From Psilocybe cubensis (taxonomy: Eukaryota): 64,000 nucleotides of DNA. Below, piece after piece: positions 11,845 to 25,914 of this stretch (the first letter of the stretch is position 1; the number at the start of each line of letters is the position of its first letter). The notes below the pieces were generated by a model. It saw only the letters and a program-made list of their open reading frames with translations, was not told the DNA's origin and searched no databases. The stretch is from NCBI GenBank assembly GCA_017499595.2, contig CM039008.1, forward strand, positions 1,426,001 through 1,490,000, in the 5' to 3' direction. A program made the position numbers and the translations under genes.

Positions 11845-14299
11845 TCAAATATATTTCAGCTTTCTACTCTCAGCCAATAGTCTCCTAATATCCTCCACCA
11901 TCTCCATCCCATATTCAATCTTGCTGCCTTTTCTTTCCAACACCCGCCTGTTCCTCTCCTCGGATCCAGCATCTGCCCAGCTCTCGCCTGCCTGTGTTGA
12001 TTTCTGGCACTCGTGCTGCAGCAAGCTTTCCGAGGTCTGCACTCTGTCAACCATCTTCTGCACATCCTCCAAGATACTTTGACAGCTATGTCGTCCTGTC
12101 CCAATCACTTCCCTCACCTGACTCACAAACGACTTGTCCTGTTTCACCCTGCTATCTTGCGACTTGACCAACGCATCCCTAGCCAAATCAACATACCCGT
12201 CCACCCTGCGTTGTTCTTCCTCCAACATCTTTCCGAGTCTCTCCGTCCTGAACAACTTAATCTGCTCGCTTATTCAGTAAGAATGGCCGGACCATACACA
12301 CAACAACGCACCTTGTCCATGTATTCCTGGCACAACCATCCAATCGCAGCTGCTCGATCAATTTGCTCCTGAACCAACATCTGCTTTTCTTCAACCTTCC
12401 GATGCATATCATCCAAGTCACTATCAGCGATCCATTCTCCCTGCTTCCTAGCCAATCTCCTCTGGGCAACCTCCATCAACATTGCTCTATAAAAATGGAG
12501 TAAATAAATTAACAACACTCGAGGATCAAGGATTGAGCACTTTGTGTGTTGTTTCTCATCGGCGTCATGTATCCCAAGCCGATCAACTATTTCATCTAAT
12601 CTCGCTTCAACATCCCTGCCCACCGAGGTCCTATGATCCGTGTCCTGCATTTCTGCAGAGCGCACACATCTTATATGACGTGCATGCAAATTCTGAATCT
12701 AATTCAAAAAAAAATACCTCAACATGAGCGAGAAAATCGCTTACCGCGAGCACCTCTGTGGTATTTTTGTACTTCCAAGCAGCCTTTCTTCTAGCCTCCC
12801 TTTGTAATACAGCCTTCTCGTCATGCGGCGTAATCTAATCCAACACCGTTCTCATAAATACAAAAATAAAATCGATTAACCCAATAATCGCACCTTGGAG
12901 ACCTCAGAGGTAATTTCATCAACTACTCTATTATGCTCTTTCATCACCACTTCAGCCTGTTGTCTAAATTCGACCATTAAACTTTGCTAACATCAAGCTG
13001 AAAAACCCATACACACCTTAAATCTCTCAACAATGTGTCCAAATTCACACCTTCTCCTCCCGAGCTCGAACCAAACCTCGCCAAGCGCGCGATCTCCCTC
13101 TTCCTAAGAACATCCAACAAAAGAGCAAGACGCCTCTTCTCTTTCACATCCTCCTCCAACTTTCTTTTCTCTGCATCTTGCAACCATGAAATAAAAATAA
13201 AAAAATCAATCAGCACCAAAATCATCTTCCGAGTTAAGCGCACATTGCATAACATAGCATACATACCCAAATCCAACATCTCCCTTCGCACATCTTCGTA
13301 CTCCTTCCGAACACCCATCAGCCCACGATACGCATTCTCTCGCTGTTCCAACGCGACTTTCATCGGGTCTTCTAATACCGACAACGGCCCTTTCTTCGTA
13401 TTCGTACTCCCCGGACCTTCTGCACTCACCCCACTAGCACTAGCACTAGCACCACGACTACTACCACCAGTTGCAGACGGCGCTCTAATCTTCGACGCAG
13501 GCCTCACCCGCACCCGCGCCTGAGCTGCCGCGTCTTCTCTAGCCCTGAATTAAAAATAAAAATTAAACGCGCAAAAGTATCAACACACATATCTCTTTTT
13601 CAAAATATACCACAAAATAGTCGGCAAGAAAATGAAATGCGCATATATTCACAGAAAGAGAAAGTAAGAAAGAGAAAAAGAAACGTACTTTGCGATGATA
13701 CCCCTCACACGCGCTGCCTCCTGCCTCCCCACCAGCCGCTTGCTCAGTATCACAATCGCCGCGCCGACGCTAGGAGCACCAACACCACCATCAGCTCCAT
13801 CAGCAGCACCAGTACCACCACCAGCAGTACCACTGCCACTACCAACAGTAGCGGAAGCGGATGAGGTGGAGGACGACGATGACGCGACAATCAACTCCTC
13901 AAACACCTCCTTCGTGATCTCCCCAGGCATCCCCAGTTTGCGGAACCGCTCGTAAGCTTGCACGATCTCCTCTTTGTCAATGCTTTTGCTGCGCACCGAG
14001 CGACGCGAGTCTGAATCTGGGGCGTGCGTTGTGCCGCTGCCGCTGCCGGTGCTGCTGTTGTTTCTACTGTTGTTGTTGTTGCTTCTACTGTTACCGCTGT
14101 TGCCGCTGGTGCTGGCGCTAATAGCGCTTTCGGCACCAGATACCAACCCACGACGACTCGCAGACCCAGAAGAGCCCAATTTCGCTGATGTATTCGCGGA
14201 GCTGTACCTTGGACGCCGCGCTGAGACGCGCATATCATGACGCGTTTCAGATCCATCGAAGCGTGCCTCTGCCAGTGCGTCTCTCGACGTGCCGCTCAT
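11845..14299 (-). CDS. Hypothetical multi-exon protein: Ser/Gly-rich N-terminus, coiled-coil-like C-terminal half
   Basis: Chain of same-strand ORFs (13649-14383, 12977-13513, 12257-12689, 11845-12255) separated by GT-AG introns; E/K/R/L-rich helical character. Family not recognised. Confidence 0.65.
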
Positions 14300-14938
14300 A
14301 GTACTACTATAAGCACTGAGCACGAGCAGGCAAAGATTTCGAGAGGTAAAAAAAGGAGCGTATTTGTCTGAATAACCGATCAATGACTCGGAATCGAAGA
14401 TCCAGGTGTCATAGGGATAGGACAGGGTACGTGAAGATGCGCACTGTACAAGCGCCGTTCATCGGTGCATTGCAGTGTCAACGAACAGAACCACAAAAAA
14501 ACCTGACTAGAGGAAGTAGCAGACCAGACCACAATCGGATTTTGCTCGGATTCCGAGGGGAGGAAGCTCTGTCACGTGTAGGAATGTCCACTGACAACTG
14601 TTCGGTTCCCCGGACCCCACATTGCACAAGCAGTTGAAGCAGGGGTAAGGGCTTCCATTTATGGTGAAGTCATTACCATTTTTGTCTGTCGTCCGTAAGA
14701 GGCTCGCCGTCCGACTCACAAATCACCATCCCTACACAGGTAGATAAAAAAACACAAAACGCGAACATCTTAAAAATGGTTATTTTATTTTGATACAATT
14801 TCTGATTTCATAGTAGCTGAAGTAACAAGGAAGTTTAATTGAAATTAGGCTTAATCATGATGAGTCAAGCCTGTTGGTCGACCTCGGACTCAATAACAAC
14901 GAAAACCTTGAGCAGCTTGTAAACGACTGATTTCCAGG

Positions 14939-15488
14939 TTAATTTCCATCGTTGCGGCACTGATCGGGGAAACTTAGCACTGGACTTCTACTCTCAGCAC
15001 AAGACTGTGTATAGAAATCACTTACGCAGACAGAAATTACATCGCTTCCACATGATTCAGAGCTTGGGTCGCGGCGGCACGCATACCTATTAGTAGTATA
15101 TCCAGTAACTTGATGAGAATTAGATATTCAGGGCAGGTATAAGCATACCTGAGACCAGTAAAGGTGCTAGTGTATTCGTTGAAGATGATGGGAGGGGGAG
15201 AACATCCGAATATCCCTTGGGTGCATGGGTTCAGGTTTGTGGTTAGACTATCTGTAACTACACAAGCATCGTTGTAGACATTCCCTACACATATTAAAAA
15301 AAGAAATCAACAGTTGCATAAAATTTTATGCCTCTAGCAAAGGAGGGAATAGTAAGAAACAATATGGACTTACATCTGCTAATCGTATCACTCAAGCGTA
15401 TCTGATTTCCAATGGCAAAGTTAAAGCCTCCACAGATAGCAAAAGCACCGTGAGAAAGAGCAAGAGAGCTAAGCAAAATGGCCTTCAT
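14939..15488 (-). CDS. Small secreted cysteine-rich protein, copy 1 (4 exons, ~110 aa, 8 Cys)
   Basis: MKAILLSSLALSHGAFA|ICGGFNFAIGNQ...WNVYNDAC...NPCTQGIFGCSPPP...YACRRDPSSESCGSDVISVCCRNDGN*. Alternative ATG at 15497. Confidence 0.85.
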
Positions 15489-16807
15489 ATTGTGCATAGA
15501 AATTATCTTTGAATTGGTGTGGCCAAGAGTTGAAAGCTGGTTTTACTTGCATAGAATCATGCGACAGATTTTATAGTCTTCAGACTCGGAGGTGTACAAA
15601 CTTGAATACACTGCAGGACAAACAAATCTGTACTAGCTGGCAGCTGGAGTGTTCCACATCGAATTTGGGGTAGAGATTGAAATCAAGTCCGTGAAGCCCG
15701 CCACGGAGATATTATATCAGAGCGAGTATACTGGTCTAAATATCATCACAGTATTTTCATCCATCTTGGACTTCATGTCCATAAACATTTGGCAGGCCCT
15801 TTTAATTAGGTATTCTCTCTATGATCGATGTAGCTCTTTGAGAGAGCACCATCAATATTACACTCGGCGGATACTCGTTATTCTCCCTTGAAAAACATGA
15901 TTCACAAGGAAAGAACCATCTTTCATACCTGAGTTTACCCGTGTTGTTCGGGCATATCTTTGAAGCCTACTCACAGCTCGGATGGTAGTATCCGAGAAGT
16001 TAGGGAAAATATAGCAACATTCTGCTTCACCAATAACAGAAATATCATGAACTATTTCTTGTAGCGTCATCTTACGAAGATCGATTCATATCGTTCCTCG
16101 ACCCTGTGGCCATAAATATTACTTTGTACAATCTGATATAGGAAGTTCTTCGATGTCAGTCACTATATGTGTATCAGTTGTCCATGTCCTTTGGTCATTA
16201 GATACACGTTCATTATCGCACATCGTATTGCACATCTGTTTTGCGACTGTGAACTTTGGGGTTTGGATGTCCCAATATTAAGAAGCAATATTGGTGCGGC
16301 ATCTGGGACTTTATACCAAGTGCAACGAGCTACCCCCAAAATACTTGAAGGAAAGAGAGAAGCAACATCATATGATCAGATTGTACCCAATGCAGAAGAA
16401 AGCAGTATTTAGATCCACTTACAGTGACAATTCTACTCAATGACATAGAAGTAGGAACCATGAGCGGCGGTTTTATTGAGAATGAAACGAGCCAGGAACT
16501 CACTTTCAAAAAATAACAAGCTACAGTCCTTGTCGTACGTCCAATTTTGGGGTCCAACCGGCAAAAAAAACGGACAAGAATTTCAGGGTGACCTACCACC
16601 TATCTTGTCTGGAGTTCGTATGTTGACGTAAGAAGAGCAATCGCAAGTTCCACAAGAAAAGAAATGCATGAAATGCGGATATCTTCCAGATGCAACAGTG
16701 GTTATTTATATTTGATACATTTTCATAGTTGCTAACAAAGTTTAAAGTCAAACTCTTCTCGGTTGACTCGTCGAGAGAAACCTTGAGAAAGTAAATGACT
16801 GATTAGA

Positions 16808-17338
16808 TTAATTTCCATCGTTTCGGCACTGAGCAATAATAATCAGCAATGAATCTCAAGCTGAATTGAAGCGTAAATCCCAATCACTCACGCAGACAGA
16901 AATTACATCACTTCCACATTGTCCAGAGCTTGGGTCGGGGCGGCATGCATACCTATCAGTAACATATTCATTAGAAAAATTAAAATGATATATTGAAGGT
17001 GGTTAGAGACAGACCTAAGACCAGTGAAGGTGCTGGTATACTCGTTGAAAATGATTGGCGGTGGGGAGCATCCGAAGATCCCTTGGGTGCAAGGGTTAAA
17101 GGTTGTGGTTAGACCATCAACAATTGCACAGTCGTCGTTGTACACATTCCCTGAATGTTATCAGTGGTGTTATTAGATTTATGGAGCCTTATTGCTTTTA
17201 TAGATTGCACATACATCTGTTGATGGTGTCAGTAACACGTATCTGGTTACCAATGGCGAAGTTGAAGCCTGCACAAATTGCAAAAGCACCCTGAGCAAGA
17301 GCGAGAGAAGCGAGTACAGCAGTCTTGATGTTGGTCAT
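16808..17338 (-). CDS. Small secreted cysteine-rich protein, copy 2
   Basis: MTNIKTAVLASLALAQGAFA|ICAGFNFAIGNQ...CCRNDGN*. Same intron positions as copies 1 and 3. Confidence 0.85.
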
Positions 17339-18723
17339 GGCGCTTTGTCAATTAAACCGCTGAAGACTGGTAATAACCACATAGAGACTCGCAATTCAGG
17401 CTTTATAGCCTTCAGCCTTGCTCCACAAATCCACTGTACAAATAATCAAACTGTTCAAAATGGAAACTCTCCAAAACCAAACTGGAGCAAAGATTATTAC
17501 CACTTACCTCGAAGCCCGACACTGAGAAGAAGTTGTGCCAGAATGTACACATTGACACCTCAGTACCATTTTCAGAAAAAGTACTAACAACATTCACCCT
17601 GGGCTGCTACGAATAGCCTCTCATTTCGCTTTGTTGATGACGAAATGCCACAACTCATCCGTCATGCCTATTCACTCTAAATGCATTATGGCATACCTGC
17701 GCATGTTTGAAGACGTCATGGATACAGACCAATCGTCGGGTACACACATTTTCTATGTCTTGATTCTGCACAATTCTGTCAAATTATAAGAACGAGGATA
17801 ACCAAACGTTGTGAAGCAAAGTAACTACCTTTAATGTAAGAAGACGTATAACATTTCGGACCGTTCCACACCTTCTGCATCAAGAAAGTATCCAACTGAT
17901 CACATACTAATACACATGCACAGATCAAATTAAAATGCCAAATGACTCGGTGGGAAGCTATGCAGCTCCATAGATTCAGACGGGCCATGAACTGCCATGA
18001 TGATGAAATGAGACACGAGCTCACAGAGGTCTGGCTACACCGCAATGCTCATGGAATCCCGGCCCAGATTGTGCAAGCGATGTCAACTGCCAAGGGGGGT
18101 AGAAGCCGTAGAATTCAAGTTGTGAGATCTTGAGGAGTATATCATGATCACGGAGGAAAGATGATGAATCGATTACACACAGACATATAACTGTCAACTG
18201 ATACATACGACATACTGTACTCCTTCGGTACTGGCTAGTAAGTTACTAAGTTATGATTTGGTGGCATCACACGGAATCGCAATTTCCCGACAGCGCGAGG
18301 GCACGTTGACACCGTGAGAATGAAAACTTCGACGCAGCAGCAGAAGTCTCTCAACATTATCTACATCTCTAACGTTTAACAAGCTTTAAAGTAATGGGAT
18401 AAATGTACCCATTATGCAATTGTATCGTATCCAGGTTGTCGAACACATACCACACACAGATGGTAGCGAGACTACTTCCATTTATGGCTAAGTCATTACT
18501 ATTCTCGTCTGGCGTCCGTATGTCGACGTGAAAGGACAGCCCGAATCGTGAGTCCCACACAGGTGGATTCAAACAAACAAGAAAAAAAAGCGCGAAATGC
18601 GAATTTTTTTAAAAAAAATTTATATATGATACAATTTCATAGTTGCTAAAAAAGTGTTTAAAGTCAAGCTCTTGTCGGTTGACTCGTCGAGGAAAACTTT
18701 AAGAAAGCAAGTGACTGCTTAGA

Positions 18724-19277
18724 TTAGTTTCCATCGTTGCGGCACTGAGCAATAATCATCAGTAGTTCATTCCACATTACATAAAAATTCGAGTTTCAAT
18801 CACTCACGCAGACAGAAATTACATCGCTTCCACACTGTCCAGAGCTTGGGTCGGGGCGGCACGCATACCTATCAGTAGTATAAACATCAACTCAAATCCT
18901 CGCAGTATTTGAAAGGCGGGTAAAAATATACCTGAGACCAGTGAAAGTGCTGGTGTACTCGTTGAAGATGACTGGAGGCGGAGAGCATCCAAATATGCCT
19001 TGGGTGCAGGGGTTTTCAGTTGTGGTCAAACCATCAACAACTGCACAGTCATCGTTGTAGACATTCCCTAAAGGTGACAACAATACGTTAGCATATTTCT
19101 GGGATATTTTCTGCCCAAATATTGGGCAGGACTAAACAATCGGAATGACAATATGCACGTACATCTGCTTATGGTGTCGCTCAAGTGCATCTGATTCCCA
19201 ATGGCGAAGTTGAAGCCTGCACAAATAGCAAAAGCACCTTGAACAAGTGCAAGAGAACCAAATAAAACGGCCTTCAT
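18724..19277 (-). CDS. Small secreted cysteine-rich protein, copy 3 (110 aa)
   Basis: MKAVLFGSLALVQGAFAICAGFNFAIGNQMHLSDTISRWNVYNDDCAVVDGLTTTENPCTQGIFGCSPPPVIFNEYTSTFTGLRYACRPDPSSGQCGSDVISVCCRNDGN*. Confidence 0.85.
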
Positions 19278-20802
19278 ATTGATGATAATGCTTTGTCGAT
19301 GAAAGGTAGCTTTGGGTAGATGTCGCTCGCTGTTGAAAGCTGGTACTGGTACTCACATAGAGATTTTTGGGTCAGATTTTATAGCCTTCAGTCTGGTACA
19401 CATGTACGCTGCGCAAACAATTAATCTATACTAACTCGAATACTCCACAATGAAGTTGGAGCTAAAATTGATACTGATCCCCTGATGCCCGCCACAAAAA
19501 TGTTTCACCGGAACGCGCGCACAGAAGTAGGTATTTTCGAAGTTCAAGGAAAACGTAACAACACACCGCTTTGTGCCCGTGCCATTTGACGAATGTTTGT
19601 TTCCAGCTTCAGTTTATTAGGTCAAATGACGTCATACCGGTCTTGCTTCCTTTAAGCTACTTGGTAGAAAAGGTAGTAGACGTTTGAGATAGAGAATTCT
19701 CAACGTAAGAGATTCCATAGTACGTATTGAACGTCCTATATAATTGTATTTTAATGGTCGGTTTCTTTATGAATCCTCTATTGAAAGGACGTTCTGATAC
19801 TTTGAACTTAAGGGATACCGGCCGCAGCATCAACTTAAATATGCCCAATAATCTATCCTAGTAAAGTTTAACGGCAGGCATTTTCAGAGTTATAAATCAT
19901 GGTCAAGTTATCTTAATTGTACCAGCAGTAATATTTGATGCTACTATGACGGGTACGCAACTACCCAATGACAAAGAAGTCAGAATTATTCTACATGGGT
20001 CATGGGTCATTATTTTCTTTAGGATGAAAGGAGACACGAGCTCAGTGTTCGAAGAATATGGCACATTGCAGTGGAGTGCGTTAGTAATTCGATTTACTTG
20101 ACAACTCACAAGACTTGTAAAATGGCCCGGCGAAAATTCGCTGCCAATGGCCAAGTGCGTCGGCAGCCTCCGAACTTGAGGAGCATAAGTTGCATGGAGC
20201 AAATCTTCCAAATTTGTTATTGCTTGTGGGATTTGGTTATTCTGATGAACTTATCCAACTGTAAGCGTGCTCTGCGTGATATAAAAACCTGGACAAAAAT
20301 GCATAACGAGCGTTTCAGCCTGAACGTTCGAACATTCCAATCTGTGAATTCAACGGCATGAAAATATTGATAAGCATTTGTATAAGCTTCTTTACAGTAA
20401 AAGAGTGATTTGATATGCATTTTGGTGACCTGAAACCCTAAAATCTTTGCTGTTATTGAATAATGCTTTACATGTCGTCGTCGAAAAAAAGGAGAAGACG
20501 GGGGGAGTAAGTGACACCATAGTCATGTGACGTGACACTACGCGTTACTAGGCCACTAAACTTGAGGAAAGAGTGTGGAATGCACCCCAGTAGTCTGAAG
20601 AAAAGCATTTTAGGAAAGCGTAGAATGAGGATATTCCCAAGAGATTTAACGGGGATTCGAGTATTCGGACGAATTGTGAACACAAGGCACCCTAAACTGG
20701 TATCTGGCCACATACCCCACTGCAAAATCAGTGTGCCATGTTTTTGTATGATGAACAACGTCGGGCGCACTATCAAAATAGGAGACCAGAGCAAACAGCT
20801 GG

Positions 20803-21687
20803 TCATTGGCCTGCATCTTTATCCTGAGGCGTACAATCGACGGCCATATCGACGTTATCGACCTCGGCAGCAGCGGCAGCGGCTTTGGCTTTCTTCACCC
20901 GTTTCTTTGCTCGCATTTTTGCTGATTTAGACATATTTCGTTTTATTGGAGGTTGATATCTGCTGTGAGTTAGCGAATGACCAATTAAGAGTAAAAAAAT
21001 CATGTACGTAGCGCCATTTTCAATCAACTCGGGTTGTTCAGTAAGGGATAATGTTATGCGCATGAAAGGCGTTTGGGTTTGACGTGGGCTTTGGTACGAG
21101 AGTTTAGATGGAAACGAGTAATTGAAAGGAGTTACGCACTGATTCTTTCCTTCAAGGGCCTGGATTATTGTTCGCGACCTAGTAACTTCAGCAGTTTCCT
21201 CGATTGCACCTTCTGCTGGGGTAACCAAAACTCCTAGCTTCTGCAAGCATCCGATTTCGTTGTATTGATGTAGTCCAGCCATGCGTATCGAGTGCTTCGT
21301 TTCCAAATTTTTCACGTATTCGCGTTTTATGATTTCAACAACTGAGATCAAGCGAGGAATAAGGTCTGTTGAAGTGGAAGCGGCTTTCTGGGTTATACGT
21401 TTGCCAGATTCTTCTCGAAGAGTGATTTGGGGGTCTATTTCTGAAGGTAGGGTATGAAATATCAGTGTTTTGTCTTCGTCTGAGCTCTGAAGAAAGAGGA
21501 TGGGAATGATTTTCCTCAATAAAAAGTGTTGAATGTACATGCAACGCACCTCAAGAAAGGCAAGTGAATTGGCAATCCATTGCTTCATCTTCCCGTGTCC
21601 TGTGATGCGTATGTATTTTCGGCGAGCTTCATCAGTAATTTTGGCAGAGCTGGAGGTGGCAGGGGCAGTTTGATTTATGGTCGACAT
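20803..21687 (-). CDS. Alba-like nucleic-acid-binding protein (Rpp20/Rpp25-type fold)
   Basis: Long ORF with in-frame introns. IRITGHGKMK, PRLISVVEIIKRE, LHQYNEIG and MRITLS resemble Alba-family motifs; basic C-terminal tail. Confidence 0.55.
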   Translation of the reverse strand: MSTINQTAPATSSSAKITDEARRKYIRITGHGKMKQWIANSLAFLEVRCMYIQHFLLRKIIPILFLQSSDEDKTLIFHTLPSEIDPQITLREESGKRITQKAASTSTDLIPRLISVVEIIKREYVKNLETKHSIRMAGLHQYNEIGCLQKLGVLVTPAEGAIEETAEVTRSRTIIQALEGKNQCVTPFNYSFPSKLSYQSPRQTQTPFMRITLSLTEQPELIENGATYMIFLLLIGHSLTHSRYQPPIKRNMSKSAKMRAKKRVKKAKAAAAAAEVDNVDMAVDCTPQDKDAGQ

Positions 21688-22481
21688 TGAGCAAGTCCAA
21701 AACCAGTTGAATATCTCGGTGGCAGTGAACCTGTACCTTGTTTGATCTTGTTTCTTTCGGAAGCATATATCAGCGGATCAAGGACAGTTTACCATCCGAC
21801 TTAGGGGAGGTCAGATTCAGAGGTGTTTCAACGAATGCTTGACTCTGCTCCTGCTTTCCGGCAATTCATACTGGACATCCACGGGAAATAATTGGGAGCT
21901 TTGACACATCGTAGACCTTTCAAGCTCCACCAGTGTGTTCAGGTATATTCTGCGCGATGGGATCTGATCATTTCTGAATCTAATTTCGTGATGTTATCTA
22001 CTTTGTATCTCCTGCAAAATCTTGCCCCTTCGATGTTGTCCTAATCACCAAATGAAACAATAAGACAGCTGTGAATTCAATTCCTGGACTTCCTACCATG
22101 GTACGAATACTCTGTGGAATGCAAACCAAACTTTTGAATTTATGCAAAGAAGATCGCATTGCCTCTCCTCGGGCTTTGCATTATATATGTCTATCCATGT
22201 CGAGCGCACCAAGTCGGATTTGTGGTGAGCTTTCTAAATAATACGACTAACACCGCCTATGTCTTACATTTGTCTAGTTTATTATCGCTTAAGGTCCTAA
22301 ATACTTTCTGTGTAGCCACAGTCCCTATCACTTATTCAAAACACTTCGATTGATTGTAGTTCAAGAAGTGGAATCGCTATTATAAACAGAACTAATTAAT
22401 AAGTTACGGTGATCGGGTATCATGATACTATTATACTACTAATGCCCATTGTCCACAAAGCACATGAATCCGAACACTTGG

Positions 22482-23780
22482 TTACTGAAGCTGTAATCCC
22501 GTCGCTGACCTTTCCACCAAAAGGTCTCTAGATTTAACCATCCTTGCAAACCAGTTTCCAACAACAATACCCCATAGAATTCCGATGTAACCGGAGCCCC
22601 CATTCTGTTTATAAAAAATTCAGATATATCACTCTAAACCAAGACCTTGCTGACGAACCTTGCCATTCGTCAAAACTATCAACTCCAAGGCTCCTTTGTA
22701 CTGGATCAGACTCTTCTTCTCTCCAAGAAGGAAGAGAACATTGTTAACGATAGCGGGGGCATGATCCCGAATTTTTGCGGCTTGCTTTTGCTCGTTCCAG
22801 TCAATGGCGTCACCCAAGGCAAAAATGCGCTCGTGTTGAGGGAGCTGAAGAGTTGGCAAAACTTTGATGTAACCTTTAGCGTTCAATACCTCTGATCCAA
22901 GAGATTCGATAAATTTGGTGTTAGGACTCGGGCCCCTTGTCGGAACCTGGTATAATGACACGCCATTAATCGGGGGAGAATATAGAGTGAAAAATGACAT
23001 ACCACGAGGTCGGCTTTGATGGATTTCTTGGATCGAGTAGAGACCTTGCCATCAACGACTTCCACTTCATCAACGTATTCACCAAGGACGAGGTTAACAC
23101 CTCGTGCTTCAAGGTCCTTTGCGGTCCGTCGTCTCCAACGCTCGGGGTAAGAGTCATTGAGGAGCAGTGGTTGGGCGTGCACGATGGTCACATTCTTATT
23201 TTGGTCCAAGTCTTTGATTTCACCAGCCAGTTCTAAAAATTGACTCGGTTAACGAGGCAAACAAACGATCGAAAACGTACAGGAATAGCAACTTACCAAG
23301 TCCTATGGAACCTCCACCCACGATGACAATATCATTTGCTTTCTCGAAACGGGTTCTCCATGTGGTTGCTAGCTCTACAATCTCTGCTTTCGTGTTTCCA
23401 AAGGCAAGGGGTCCGTCCCAGTTACTACCAGGAGAAAGAATCAGGATCGAGAAGTCGATTTGTTCTCCGGAGTTCAGGACGACATAGTGTCCTTTTGTGT
23501 CATCGTCGACGATCGAAGTGACTTCTCCAACAACAAGTTTCCTGTTCCCGGTGTTGAACCTAGAGTCCTTTAAGGGAATGAGGGCAGTATCTTCTAGTTT
23601 GCCTTCAGCGGTTGCAATTAATCGCAAGCCGGCGGGTCGATGGGTGAAGAAAGAGCGATTGTTGATGAGGATGAGGTTGTACTTCGAAGAGTCAACCTTC
23701 GTGACCAGTTCGTTGTAGATAGTGAGCCCTCCAAAGCCAGCGCCAACAATAACAATATTCTGGGAAGTAGATGCCGACAT
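22482..23780 (-). CDS. FAD/NAD(P)H-dependent oxidoreductase, AIF/AMID(FSP1)-like
   Basis: Two Rossmann motifs (IVIVGAGFGG, IVIVGGGSIG), GYIKVLPTLQ, IFALGDA; multi-exon. Confidence 0.85.
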
Positions 23781-24574
23781 CAGTGCTCTTTCAGCAATTA
23801 GGGGTGGTGAGGTAGAAGAGGATATGTGGAAGGGTATTGATTCTGCTGGGAATTCGATCTAGTGGCGCACCTTTTATACATTGCGGAGTCAGCGTCTATT
23901 CATTCGTTGGCATCATGCATGTGTGTTGAGAAAGGAAACCAACTGTCTCCTGGACCTCGAATTGTTTACAAATTCTTCACAGAGTTGAAGTCCAGTCAGC
24001 TTAAGATGTCTATTATGCCATTATGTTCGCGTCATCATATTCGGCCCATATATCCCCAAATAGGGAAATGAATGGGACCAATTTTTTCAAGGTCTTGCAT
24101 GGTGGTAACACCCAGTTCAGGTTTGCTCTGCTTTCTGTTTATAATAATTCTGGTTAAAATCAAAAAGGAGGAACTGAGTTATAACAACAAAGTTATATGC
24201 ACGAACAAGTTAAAATTCAGTCATCTCACAGGCTCAGTTTTGAAATGAATGGCGTAGCCCTGCCGATATTGTTGGCCGTCGTGTGAGTTCTTCCGTCAAA
24301 GATTAGTCAGATTGCACAGAGCGAGCTCGAATCTCGGAGAAACGGTGGGGCTTCTGTCCTTGAAGGCACGTACTCGTACTCTGCCTCGTACATGAGGCTA
24401 TTAAGGTGGGCCTGAAGTGCAATGGGTGAATCAATATCTCGACATCTGTGCAGTTTGAATCTCCGAAACCTGAAAATAATTTGATGACCGGCAAGTGCCC
24501 GACTGAGGAGTGATTTCCAAGCAGTTTGGACCAAGTTTGGATCCAGGACGTGACCCAATTGGTTTTCAAAAACC

Positions 24575-25914
24575 ATGTTCACAAACCACCGTCCTCTAGC
24601 CGTTTGCTTCAGATCTCGTCCCTTTTCTACTTCGAGATGCATGCGACACGAAAACCCGCTAGTGAGTTTGGTACTTTATATACTATTGTATCACACCACT
24701 CATAGTAGTCAGGGTCTACCAAGACGGCCTCCGCCACCACAAATGCCGCGCAAAGGTGGTCCTATAGAACGGCGGTCGATTGCTAATGTCGAAAAGGTGG
24801 TTGTGGTTGCTAGCGGAAAAGGAGGCGTTGGAAAAAGTACAATAGCGCGTGCGTTCTGTCTGCAAATCAGCTTAACATTATGATTGAATATTTCCCCAGT
24901 TAATCTGGCGTTTGCACTTGCACTTCGTAAAAACGAGAGAACAAACGCGCCGTTGCGCGTCGGAATCCTCGACCTCGACATATTTGGTCCTTCGATACCA
25001 ACTCTTATGTCACTCAAGAATGCCGGGGAACCAGCCTTGACAAACGGTGGGCATCCCCCCATTTTTTAGTAATGCAATACTAAAGAATGGTGCATGGGTA
25101 GCTAGGGGGAGCTATTCTACCAATGACAAATCACGGCCTTCCTTGCATGTCTATGGGGTTTCTCATCCCATCCACCATTCCCGGGTCAGAGGATAACACA
25201 GATACACCCATCGTGTGGCGCGGGTTAATGGTTCAAAAAGCCGTGCAGCAGCTACTATTCGACGTGGACTGGTCTAAAGACGGACAAGGACTGGATGTCC
25301 TTGTCATCGACATGCCTCCTGGAACGGGCGATGTTCCTCTTACCCTGGGCCAACTTGTGAAAGTCGATGGTACTCAGATACTTTATTTCTTGAAACATCT
25401 TCTCATCGGGTTTCAAACAGGTTGCGTTATCGTATCTACCCCACAAGATGTCGCACTATCGGACGTTAGAAAAGGGATAGCGATGTTAAAAAAGGTCTCT
25501 GTTCCGGTGAGCAAGGATCCGTTAATCCTATAGCAATGCGTTCATATTTGCAACAGATTACAGGACTGGTCCTAAATCAAGCATATTATTTGTGTCCAGG
25601 GTGCAGCACAAATACACCGAGATATTTATTCGGTCAGTCCAATCATGAGCGTTTTACGCTTCACACCACTTTCTTATTCTGCTCTAGGCGAAACAAAGAA
25701 CTTTTACGACGTTGCTAGCAAACTTCATACCCCAGTTCTTGGCGAATTACCTCTTGTAGAGGGCGTCAGTCGGAGCTCAGATCAAGGGTATCCTTACGTT
25801 TTGAGAGACTCCAAATCTGTCGACCTTGACGACGGCAATGGTGATGTGGTCTGGAGGTCTAATATGGCACAGATCGCTGCAAGCGTTAACTCCGCTCTTT
25901 GGAAAAATGTTTAG
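24575..25914 (+). CDS. IND1: Mitochondrial Mrp/NBP35-family P-loop Fe-S carrier (Ind1/NUBPL-like)
   Basis: Arg-rich presequence, VASGKGGVGKST, DLDIFGPSIP, MSMGFL, PIVWRGLMV, IDMPPGTGD, STPQDVAL, CPGC. Confidence 0.88.

Noticed and set aside
14939-19277. Hydrophobin call for the three Cys-rich proteins
   Set aside because: Eight Cys but only one CC doublet, at the C-terminus; does not match hydrophobin spacing.
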